Shown: positions 40,201 to 51,697 of the stretch, one piece after another
How positions within the stretch are numbered: position 1 is the stretch's first letter
Layout: each line of letters opens with the position of its first letter
Assembly (NCBI GenBank): GCA_038496445.1
Contig: JALMLS010000516.1
Coordinates: 1 to 64,000 of the forward strand
Source: Trichosphaerium sp. ATCC 40318
Taxonomy: Eukaryota; Protista; Tubulinea
Length of the DNA: 64,000 nucleotides
Reading direction: 5' to 3'
Program-made: the position numbers and the translations under genes
The notes under the pieces: model-generated
Seen by the model: only the letters and a program-made list of their open reading frames with translations
Databases searched by the model: none
Told to the model about the DNA's origin: nothing

Positions 40201-40670
40201 TTTCTGTTGAAAATGTTCAGTTTTCTTTCTCTAACAAGATGCTTCGTTACCTGAACCGCCAAGGTTCCCAGTCTTCGTCTGGATATAGCTCCTTGAGAGC
40301 TGACGTCAATGAACCATTGTACCTTGAATAGGTTAGTACAATAAGATAATTACACGTGCAACAAAAAATAATTTGTTGCGTACGAGCTCAGTAATATCGA
40401 GTGGGCTCTGAAACCTTTTAAATCGCTTGATACTATTGAGTACCAACCTGTCAAGTCCTTAAACGCAAACTCTTTGGCTATGACGTTAAATGCTGTTCTA
40501 TGCTCGAACAGCGTATTATTATGACTTTCTGCAGGTTCTTTGTGCGCATAACGACTACCGTGACGCTCTAACATTTATTCAGCGTAAAACGACTAGAAAC
40601 GCAAATTCTGTTTACCTTTTTTGTGTCCCCTCAGTATAGAGATACGTGCGCACGTTGTAACGGCAAACAT
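37267..40670 (-). CDS. Tandem helical-repeat protein with C-terminal PD-(D/E)xK (RAP/DUF559-like) nuclease-like domain, probable mitochondrial targeting
   Basis: N-terminus MFAVTTCARISILRGHKK. About 8 repeats of FWxxxxNQRxxFxxIAxxLxIxxxxxWY...GG..L..YxxS...L..LYP...W. Then VDVFVSEHDLALEYQGELHY...RDIEK..IC..LGITLVPIPYW. Stop TGA at 37267. Confidence 0.8.
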
Positions 40671-40832
40671 TATGTAAACAACACCCCAACAAGTACATTC
40701 ACACCAGCAACGCCTTTTGCGCTATTCTATACGCATACGGGTAACATTGGCAATTAAGGAGCGTGATTCCTTTGACTATTAACTTATTACAAACCGTTTG
40801 TAACGTACATTTACGGCGTACAGTGAGACTCA

Positions 40833-42589
40833 ATGAGCGAGGATTTGGTCTTAGATGACATCGACAATAGTTCTAGCGCCGAAAAAGATTCAAATGACAA
40901 GGACGGCACTGTTGGCACTTCAACAGTAGCCATTGCCATCGACGATGACTCTGCCAGCGATATCTCGCTAGAAGATTTGGAAGATGTCGAATACGAAGAC
41001 CCCAACGATCCAGCGTCTAAAAAGACAGTGTTTCAACGCATGAAGAACCAAATATACGTTGCAGCGTGCCCACAGCCTGATAATTGGAAGGGGTGGTATA
41101 TCGGTAAGTATAGGCTTTGCGCGTGTGAAGGCACAGTGCTACGTTTTGTTTCAATTGGGCTAACAACTGTTTTTTCAAAAGGACTTGGTATAGACATTGT
41201 AGCTTTAATAGTGTGGGGCATCGTTATTGGCACAGTTTTAAAGCCTGTTGACATTAAACGGTATTGGTTCATGCCTTTAATAGGTACGCTTTGCATTTCG
41301 GGCGTTTGAAGCAACACGCATCGAGAAATGGCGTTATTCGCGGGTTAAACCGAATTACACAAATCGCCGTAACTCTGACTTTCTAAATGGAGGCGATCGC
41401 TACACGCCTCTAAATCGCGCAGGCGCATCGTGTACTCACAAAGCTAACTAACTATTCGTAAAAAGGTGTATTGGGATCTACGATCGCTATGAGTACTCCA
41501 GCAGGCGGTGGTGTGTTCTTTTTTCCAGTCTTATCGGCTTTTCCTGAAGTTACTGAAGAACAAGCTATTGCTTTTAGTATTGCTGTACAGCTTGTCAGTA
41601 TGGGATTTTTTGGTTCTATTACATGGCACGTAATGGATTGAGCATGTAAAATAGCTTTAACAAATAGAGCTTTGATGGTTTTTTGGCGGTTTAGATGAGA
41701 AGTTGCTTATAATCTCTCTGTAGGCTTCGCCAAGCTCGGGAAGTTATTATGTGGTACCCATTGATTATAGCTGTAGTTATGGGATGGGCTGGATCAGCAG
41801 TGAGGTTAGCTAACCCGACATTTGTGAGAATTCACGAAGCTAATATTCGTTTTGAAATTTAGCATGTTCGCTTTACGTATTACAAACGGAGATGCTGTTA
41901 AGATTGGATTCGCTGTTTTTTCCTTGCTACTGGCTTTGTACATAGTGTACATGTTAACGTGCCAGCGTGGACGCACAAAGAAGAATTCTGGTAGGGGAGT
42001 GTCTATACTAGCTTGGAAGATGACACTCACTCTTGTAATATCATCTTTTGTTGGTGGCTTGCTTGGTACGAAAAAAAGGACTCTTGATTTTCTTGTTGTG
42101 TTTGTATGGCTAATATGTTGTTATAGTTGGCTACATTGCGGTAGGAATTGATGTATTGCTTTTTGCAATATGGACTGCTTTCTTCAAAGTAGATATTAGG
42201 CGTGCAACTGTAACTTCTATATTAATAATGGGATTCACGTGCATTGTTCCTTTCTTTGCTCATTTATTCCACTTTAAAGATATTCCAATAGAGTTATGGT
42301 TAATGGCTCTTGGTGGAAGTATTGTAGGCGCTCGTGTTGGTGCTATTTTGAATGTCGCTCTTGGGCGAAGAAAGTACGGAAGGCGATGAAAAACTTTTTT
42401 GTTTGGATTTTTTTATGTTTTGGTTGTTCGCTTATTTAGCTTTTTTCTAGGATTCTTGTGCTACTTATTGTACTTCTACTAGCAGAAGTTATTCGTACAG
42501 TAGTCGAGGTAGCCCTCGAAAAGGAGGTTGTAGTAGTAGAGGTTCCTGGTAATTCTACTATTATAGCAAACATTACAGCACCTATTTAA
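40833..42589 (+). CDS. TauE/SafE (TSUP) family transporter
   Basis: Acidic N-terminus, STPAGGGVFFFPVL, GYIAVGID, ATVTSILIMG, GSIVGARVGA; multiple TM helices. Confidence 0.8.
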
Positions 42590-43012
42590 TAATATTATTA
42601 AATTCAAAGGATTCTTTCAAAGTACAACGAATTCTGTTGAAGAAAAAAGAAACCCAATTTTTCATGCTTTGCGTGAAACACTTGTATACTTTATGGATTG
42701 TATTCAAAAGAAAAGTACAGGTTTAACAAAAACCAGCCAACTTAACCCGTGAATAAAACAACCTGTTCGCTTTTCAAACGTATTAACTGAAATTGATCGT
42801 AACAATTTGTCCGATTCAACTCTAGGGAACTTGTTCACAGGTATATCGATTTTGTCAAAATACCATATTGATTTATTAATCACGCTTTACGTGATTGTTT
42901 TTTTTGTTGGTAATTAACAGGTTAATTAAAGCGCGTAGCTTTTGTTTATTTATTCCTTATCTATCAAGTTCAATTGATTTTTGCATGTCATCAATAGGTA
43001 AAATAGTTGTAT

Positions 43013-43409
43013 TTATTCGAATACGTTGATTGTCTGGCTCAACCATGAAATTCTAAAGGCTCCGGTTAACACTTTTGGGGCATTAGGGTTATTACTCACC
43101 ACGAATCTTAAGATTAAGTATAGAAGAGATACCAACAGAGCAGCTACAACTAAGCATGTACCAAACCAAAACGAAATCCAAAATCCAATGCTTGCGTGAA
43201 TTTGGCAGCTTAGCTTACAAGAAGGATCTAACAATATTATTTAACTACAAAAATTACACTACGAACGAACCATGATACATCTTTTGCTGAGAAATCGCAA
43301 TAACTCCAATGGCACCAATGCTTAGAAACACAAGTCCTACTACGTAGCAAACAAGTATTATATTACGTTTAAACTGGAGGCGACAACTTGTTGCAATTCT
43401 CATTATCAT
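43013..43409 (-). CDS. Small two-TM membrane protein
   Basis: Two exons, each with one hydrophobic helix; stop at 43013. Confidence 0.5.
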
Positions 43410-43643
43410 ACTTAAAACTATTGTGTACTAACAATACTGTAAACGCCTTTTTCACGTGTTTTTTTGTTCCCCAGTTTTTCTTTTTTTTTTTGCACGTGTA
43501 AACTCCGCTATAGAATGCATAGTGGGTTGTAGGCTTTTTGATAGCCGAGATTTAGTTTAATAAGAAACAACAGAGGTAAATTACCAAAGAGAATTGCTCG
43601 TGAACAAGTGAAAGTCCCATTTATTTCACAACTACTAATAAGT

Positions 43644-45543
43644 TTACGCTGTAGCCTTAACTATTTTCTTGAACTTCTTCGTTTTCCAAAAGGATAATGC
43701 GACATCAAAAAATGTTGTAGTATCAGGAACATATTGATTAAGTTGAAATAATACGTTGTCAAACTCATCTTGCTCATGGCATGCAATGTCAGCATGTGCT
43801 AATGCAAAAGCGTACATTACATTTATTCCTAAAATAGGATATTATTGTAGTGCTAGCAAGCAGATCCTAGATGACTTTTATCTTTCGTACCTTCGATCAT
43901 GTATAGATCAAGCATTCTTAAAGCAGCTGGTGCACTTTTACGTAGCAATGGACCAGATGAAAAGAGCATTACATGTTCTCTAACAAACTGGGTAAAAAGT
44001 TAAAAATAGTGCAAACAAATTATTTAGATAAAATTACAACACTAATGAGCTTCAGTGTGGCCACTATTTACATAATGACGTCTGTAAGCTGGTTGGGTTC
44101 AATGTGCATAAAACAAATTGGTTCTCACGTGCCTCATTTGTGAAGAAGTTCTCAAAAAGCTGACTTATAGCTGGGCTTTCTTGTGTGACTTCATACAATA
44201 TGATTAGCTTGGGTTTTAGAAGGTTAGATTGCCTTACAGTACATTGCAATATTAGTATTGTAGCCCTCCTCAGAGTAAATTGTTTTTAAGAAACAGCTTA
44301 AAGTCCAGAATGCGTGCTAATCTCACAGGTAAACTTTTTTTAATTTGTTTGGATACTACTTTACCTCTTCTGGCATAATTGATAGAAACAAACCAACAAA
44401 ATATGTATCACCTATAAGTGGTGTTTTTTAGCAATTAGCGCATTGGAAAGTACCTCCAGCATATTCAGCTGCTACACTTTTAGCAAAGTGTGCATAAAAC
44501 AATCGTGTCATCTTTGCTCTCCTAAAACAAAACAGAGTTAGAGACGCTATTTAGTTCAATAAAGTTCAACAAAAAGTAAGCGTTTCTTTGAGGGAAGTGT
44601 ACCCCTCTGACTTGTCACTAAAATATGGGTGGTCAAAAAAAACTCTTTGCATATCCAAGTTTATTAACTTCAGTTGGTAAGTGTATTTTTCAGCTTCCTT
44701 TTCGTATTGATCCAAATAGTCCTTTGGTGTAACTAATTAATGAAAATCCACAAAGAATATTTAATTTGGACTCACTTGATACGTTTTATCTGATGAATGC
44801 ATTGCTTTATATCCACCAGATAAGTGAAAGTACACAAGCCCTTAAAAAATGGAAATCAAAAGAAGGAACACAAGTCCACTAAATATATACCTCTGACAGC
44901 TTTAGGGAAGCCTTGCCATGCTATTTTTTTAAGCTATCAGCTGATTAGAATGAGATACATTGGTGTAAATAGCTATCTACCTTTGCTAGCTTGGCTGACG
45001 AGCAGTTGTCGCTTGACAACTCTTCCATTCTTGGCTTTAACCAATCACTTACTTTGGCATCTTTAGCAAGCTCCTTGGGCGTGTTTATACTGAGAAAAAT
45101 ATGAGTACACTAAAAAGAATGACATTTGTACAATGTTAAAAAGTAGTGTAATTTCGAGGAGCTGAATGTCATTTTACGCCCAATTGCATCGTATTCGGCT
45201 TCGTCAAGTACAAGAGGTTTTCTGGACCAGTATCTATTGCCATGTTCAATCGCTGGTGCCTAAACTAATAAATCTTATAGAACAGTGGCTACTTCGCTAC
45301 ATATGACGCTAAACTGTAAATACTAGCGTATTTAATGTTTTTAGTACGTTTTATTATTAAAAATGCGTACAACAGACGATAAACAACGCGTACCTTCGCT
45401 TTGAGTAAGGAAGACCATATATGATCGCTTTCGGCAACAGTTTTTAATTCTTTGCTCACTTGTGCAACCGCCAGCAAGTCTTTAACAAGCGCATTTGATA
45501 GAATTGCTTCCCACAACTCTACTGGAAGCTTTGTGTTCGTCAT
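43644..45543 (-). CDS. Intron-rich F-box protein
   Basis: LPVELWEAILSNALVKDLLAVAQVSKELKTVAESDHIW is a canonical F-box; many short exons run to ...KKIVKATA*. Confidence 0.7.
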
Positions 45544-45982
45544 TAGAGCTCAAGTTTGTTGCTGTTTTTTTGATACTAAACTTAAGTTGCCTTCTATAAA
45601 TAGAACTAGACTACTAACGGTGAAGCCGTTTGCTAAAAATTTAGGTATGCTCGTGCGCAATGAAAGGAGGTACAGTTCCAAAAATGTAGCCTACCTCATA
45701 TCAACGGTTTGTAACTCTAAACAAAGATTAAGTGTAAGAGTTTAACAGCAAAAGACATTTGGTACCAAACCTATTTTTATAACCTGAAGAAATGCTTTCC
45801 ATCACGTGATATTTGGCATATTTTGTTTTAGTGGTATTTTACAACAAATAGGCACAAATAATTGGATTCCAAAGGCTTGCTTATGGAGTGCGTCCTTGGC
45901 TATCCACTCCATGCACAGAATCAACACTTAAGTTTACTATTGTTAAGTGTACCTCTTTTTCGTTATTTTTATGCCTAAAAGA

Positions 45983-48900
45983 ATGCGAGCTTTCCTTCTT
46001 CTCGCGTTTTTATGGATAATAGGCGTACGGCTTGACGTACCGTCAAGATATGCAGCATACGTTACCATTCAAAATGAAAATCTCTCAAGTGTGAGTATAT
46101 CGTGTATAGATACCCCGTGGGCCATATTGACGCTATATAGGGCGTTAATAAAGCTTATTTTGTGTATGATAGTAACAATACAGCAACAGCCTTGCAGTAC
46201 ATTGACCCTGCGAGTGAATACGCATGGTTGCGTGAACAACGATTTTACGACGCCGTACGTATAAATACCAAAAAAATCATAACAAAGCACAGGAAGGCGT
46301 AGATATACGCCGATTTAGCGATACAGGCTGCGAAACACAACGTTATCAAACTGATACACCGTTCCCTGTTCACTCGACTTCAGGAAGGGAAAATAAAGGC
46401 GATGTAGTGTTACACATACCTCCATTTGACACCAGCCTCAATGCGACTGAAAGGACATGTGAAATGTACTCACTTAGTCGTACAGCACTTTCAAGCGAGA
46501 TACAAACAATATGGGTTACCTCTGGTAATGATACAGAGCCATGCAGGTAATTAGAGCGTCCACAGGGCACTTTGAAACCACCAAAAAACCGAGAATAACA
46601 AAAAACTGCGATTGCGAATCTAACCTTCATTTAAGGATACAATGGGGCGATGGAACAGTATGGACATTTCATAAAACAGGCCTAGTAATCAATGGATCGT
46701 TTGAAACTCTTCCTGACTCATTGGATGGTCCCTCAGATGCGTTTGCGGAATATGATGGAATGTGTCAAAAATCACCTTGTCATGATCGTTCTGATATTAT
46801 TTTGGGTACATCTTAACGTCTTTGATTATTATCATACACGTATAAAGTGTCCTTAATACTTATTTATACGTTTTAGTATTGGATGCATCAGATCGAATGT
46901 CGTCACAGTGGACAGAAGCATTAAATTGGGTATCTAGCTTTCTTTCGCATTTCTCGTTTTCTGAGGATGCAACACGTGTTGCAATTGTTACATATAATGA
47001 CTATGCACAACGTGTTACAGAGCTTGGTTTTGTATCTGACGTATCTTCAGTGCAAACAGCTTTGGAATCCATGAGAAACATTGTTCCAACTGGTATTGTT
47101 TTTTGTAAAATTCGAGCTTTTTTGTTTTAGTTAGTACGTCACTAACACCATGTATTTTAGGTTATCGTTGTATCGGATGTGGTATAAATGAAGCAATTAA
47201 ACTTATTTTCAACGCAACTGAAAGGATGGAAGAATGTGGTTCTGATAATAATTGCGCAGCATCAACTTTAGTTAACCAAAGCTCGCTTTATATTAGACAA
47301 GCAGTGCCAGTTACTTTGATATCTATTATTACTGGTCTTTCTGATAGACCATCGTACTCTAATAGTACTTCATATTCTAACAGCACGTATTATAACTTAG
47401 ATTCAGACCAATACCTTAAACTGGAAATGGGTACGTTTACCAATTAAATCATTCTTAAAATATTCCGTATTGTTGATGCGTCAGTCCTTCCTGGAAAAAA
47501 GGAAAATTTTTTTCATCCAAAACATTTCGTTGGTTGACTTCAATTTTCCCTCCTTTTACTAATAGTTTCTTGTAAAGAATCTTTTTTATTTGGACTAATG
47601 TTTTGTTATAGATTACATTACTGCACTTGACGTAACCTCCTATGTTTTACCAATTGGATCCTCAGATTTTGCACATGAGATAAATGTATTAACACAAGGA
47701 AGGCTATCTAATACATTCACAAGTACAAACGTAGAAGGCCTACATAACATTACAAACACACTTGTTAGCAGCTTGTGTACTAGTGATAGCTTCTGTAAAG
47801 AATCTTGTATAGGCTTTTGTGGTCTCAACGCAACCTGTCATTGTCCAAGCGATTGCAGTGACTATAACATGTGTACAAAAGATGAATGCTTGTCATCAAC
47901 AAAAGGGTGTATGCATTACCCGAATCCAGCAATAAGCGGAGTCAAACAATGCGATGATGGTGATTTATGCTATAATACCGTTTGCAAAACGGTGCCTATG
48001 ACGAATGATCCTACGTTACTTCCTAATGGAATGTATGATCCCAATGGACCAGAATGTTCAAGTGTAATGTCAAATGTATCTCTTGCTTGTAGAGATGAAA
48101 ACTGCACTACAAGAGAATGTCTTCCAACAATTGGATGCGTAGAGAAGAAGGAAGAGCTCTGTGTTGCTGATACTATTTGCCAAACACCTATTTGTGATCC
48201 ATCGGAGGTATTCCCGTACAGAGGTATCCCTGGTTGCAGTTTTGAAAGCAGCACTGTCCATACTAATTGTTCTGGATGCGAAGTAGTCGCAAGGTACGTT
48301 GAAATGACTAATTAAGCACTAAGAGATCATTGTTTTAGAGGTGAAACACTTAAGGTGAACTGTATTCTAGGTGACCCGTTGAATGTATGTCTTGGTAGAG
48401 ACAATATTGGCATTGCCAATGATACCAATAGAGGAAATTGTAGCAATAAGTGTGCTGGATATTCATGCGATCCAAGCAGTGAAGGTTGTGTTGTTGTAAC
48501 AACACGTGATTGTAAGGATTATCCTTGCGCTACTAGCAGCTGTAATGCATCAACAGGTACTAAACAACAACATGTGTTGGTCTAGTTTGTTAATTACTAT
48601 TATCAGGAGATTGTGACTACACTCCTAAAGAGTGCCCTCCTATTGATAATCAATGTGATGCATCTACATGTGATCCACTTCAAGGCGGATGTACTATAGA
48701 TATTGGTGGGGGTGTTAATTGCGATGATGGAAATCCGTGCACTAATGACTTCTGTAATGGTACTATTTTATCTCCAGGCGATCCTTGTGTTCATGAAGAT
48801 AAGTGTAAACAAGATCTTGGAGACTTGGGGTACTGTAAAATCCCATTTTGCTCTGGCGAAGGTATGACAATACTTTTCTTTTGGTAGCACGTGATTTATT

Positions 48901-49909
48901 TTTATTTAGGAGCTTGTACTTTTAAATATCGTTCTTGTCCTCAAATACATGGTTTGATGGGCATATGTGATGAAGAACTGGAAGCTTGTATTTATGCCAA
49001 CTCAACTGGACAAATTGTAGCGCCTGATTCACTTTCACCAAGTGTAGCTTCAAATACTACTGTTGCGCCTTCACTGCCAGCAAACTCTACAGTACCTCCA
49101 AGTACCGTCAGTCCTAGTGAACCATCAAACTCTACAATACCACCAACTACCATCCAACCAACCACTGCGCCTCCAACTACTGCACCTCCTTCAACTGTTG
49201 CACCTTCACTGCCAGAAAACTCTACAGTACCGCCAAGTACCATTACTCCTACTAAGCCATCATCAACACCTGAACCACTTCCTCCAAGAAATCCTACTGG
49301 AGCTTTGAGGCTTACTATTACTTCTGGATGCCCACCGTCTATACAAATAGTTACCACTCTAGCAGGTGCGTTACACATTGATACTCATTATTTACTTTTT
49401 TTTTAGAAGTTGCTGGTATTCCAGTACGTCGCGTTTGGGTGGAGCTAAACACTTGCTCTACACAAAACTCTAAGCGAGATATATCAGAAGTTCTTGTATG
49501 TGTACAACCACGTAGTGGTAAGACAGAGGCAGAAGAACTACTTAAACTTCGCACTGCGACAGCCTCAGGTTCGTTGTTTTCCTAGAAACTTTTGGTCTTA
49601 CTATTGTTAGCTTCTTTTAAAGCTCAAGTCAGCTTTACAGATGCAACAATAGTTGCATACAGTCGCAGTAAACCTACAGAAGCTTCTAAAGGTTCGAGTA
49701 CCAAGGATATTGCAATATACGCTGGTTTTGGAGCAGCTGGTTTATGTATGTATTAGTTTTTTAATAGGTTTTTGGAATAATTGTTACTAATGCTCTCTGT
49801 AGTATTCCTCATACTGTTAATTGTAATTATTATATTGGTTAGAAAGAAACCTAAGCCAGTACGACCATACCATGCAATGACAGATATGAGCGAATTGGAT
49901 GTCATGTAA
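45983..49909 (+). CDS. Type I membrane protein: vWA domain, Dictyostelium-type Cys repeats, Pro/Thr stalk, TM and short tail
   Basis: Signal MRAFLLLAFLWIIG; vWA DIILVLDAS...RVAIVTY...CIGCGI; CSDYNMCTKDEC and CDDGNPCTNDFC repeats; PPTT stalk; TM; tail RKKPKPVRPYHAMTDMSELDVM*. Confidence 0.8.
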
Positions 49910-50048
49910 CTAGTTGTAAAACAAAAATTAGAATAAAAAATCAAAGTAGCATTATTAGAAACTTGTGAAATTACTTTAATGGGTGAGTACAACATACATA
50001 TTAACCTCAAGCGAGCATCTTTGTTGGTCATGGCAATGCTGATACCAG

Positions 50049-50765
50049 TTAGTTACAATATGATATTTGCAAGAGCAAATCATCAAGTGTAAGACAAACG
50101 TCAAGTACACTACCTAATGACTTAATACATTCAGCTGTCACTTTTGTATCAATTGCAGCAATACTGTGCAATCCAACTAAATACTTCACACCTTCATCTG
50201 TTACATCTGTCATTGAGATGTCAAGTTTATAAACTCCTACCAATGCTTTTATGCCGTCATCAGTACCTGATGTTGCGCTCAGGTCAATGGTATGAACACC
50301 TTTGAGAGCTTTGATGCCTGTATCAGTAATATGTCTACAAAATGCAATATCTATTGTATGTACACCAGCCAATGATATCAAACCATCATCTGTTATAAAA
50401 GTACTCATTATGTTGATAGTATGTACACCTGCAAAGAGCTTCAAGTGACTGTCATTTATTGTAGTTCTCATTCTACTAGAAACATGAATTGGTGTGTTGT
50501 GCAGTAAAGGGCTACCAGAAAGTCTTTCTATGTCATCTACTCTTGAAATACAGATCACGTTGTATCCAACGTGTTTATAAACGATATTTCGTAGTAACCA
50601 ACACGTCTGTGCTGTATGTATCATAGAACCGCCTTGTGATAGAATATGAACTATTATTTCAACTGGTAGCGATAGTAGATGCTGTTTTTCATCATTTTCT
50701 TTAGATTGCTCTTGATCTTTTGATTCCGAACCAAATATGTTGAGTTGTTGAGTGTTATCCTCCAT
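50049..50765 (-). CDS. Intronless F-box / LRR protein (family member 2)
   Basis: LLSLPVEIIVHILS..AQTCW, then GVHTIDL...TDxGI repeats; single ORF. Confidence 0.88.
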   Translation of the reverse strand: MEDNTQQLNIFGSESKDQEQSKENDEKQHLLSLPVEIIVHILSQGGSMIHTAQTCWLLRNIVYKHVGYNVICISRVDDIERLSGSPLLHNTPIHVSSRMRTTINDSHLKLFAGVHTINIMSTFITDDGLISLAGVHTIDIAFCRHITDTGIKALKGVHTIDLSATSGTDDGIKALVGVYKLDISMTDVTDEGVKYLVGLHSIAAIDTKVTAECIKSLGSVLDVCLTLDDLLLQISYCN

Positions 50766-51697
50766 ATTTGTAATTAAACAAGAAATTTATAGGTCGTTCA
50801 TTGGTTGATTTAATTGTATAGACGCTGCTTAATGATAACGTTCTTAAGTGACAACACTAGTTTTATTGATTTATTACTTTGGTCACGTGCTGTAAATATT
50901 GTCCTTTATCAAGGTAATGAACACTAATTATAACCGAATAACCCTAGATTCTATGTTTCTGATACAGCAAGCGGAGTACATAATGGAAGAAAGTTCAGGG
51001 AAACTTACACCATTGATATTTAGACTGACGGAGTTGTGTGGAAAGTATACTACTGATTTCACAGAAGATATTGGCATTGCTACTATTACCTTAACATGCA
51101 CCTTTAATGAATCAGTCGTAAGGCCGTACGCAATTGTGACAACAAGTATTTTTTCTTACATACTTCATACCTCAAACTAAGGTCTTTTGTTCCTGGTAGA
51201 TTTTAATTTAGATTCAACGAATATTTCAACGGCTACAACCTCTTATCTTAATATACTACCTCACTCATGTGTTCGTAAACTGTGTCAAAGTGATGTTTCA
51301 ACATACTTTATTTGTTTACATACTCAATAGGTACTAAAAAAGAAAACTTTACAAATGAGTATCCTTCGGCAACAGGATATGCTGGAATGTAAAACTACAA
51401 AGCTAATTAGCAGTGCAAACTATGGCCACTTATACTCACGTGAACGAATTTGAATTAAAAGAGACACCGGTTGTTGCGATACCAAAATAACTTGTTGAGA
51501 GACAAGCAAGTTATCAAAAAAAAAAGGTGTAAACAAATCACTTTATTTATAATCGTGTTGCCAATGGCTTTAAGATCAAAGATCAGTGCTTGCCAACAAG
51601 ACTTTAAACCAACATAATTTAATATGTCGATGACAAATCGTTGCTTGTTCAGAGAACTACTTGGCACTTTTAAAAAGCTTTTTTGTAAAAAGTTGCT

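Noticed and set aside
50899-51400. Short + strand ORF(s) next to the F-box/LRR gene
   Set aside because: No recognisable motif and no coherent splice model; possibly a relic but unsupported.
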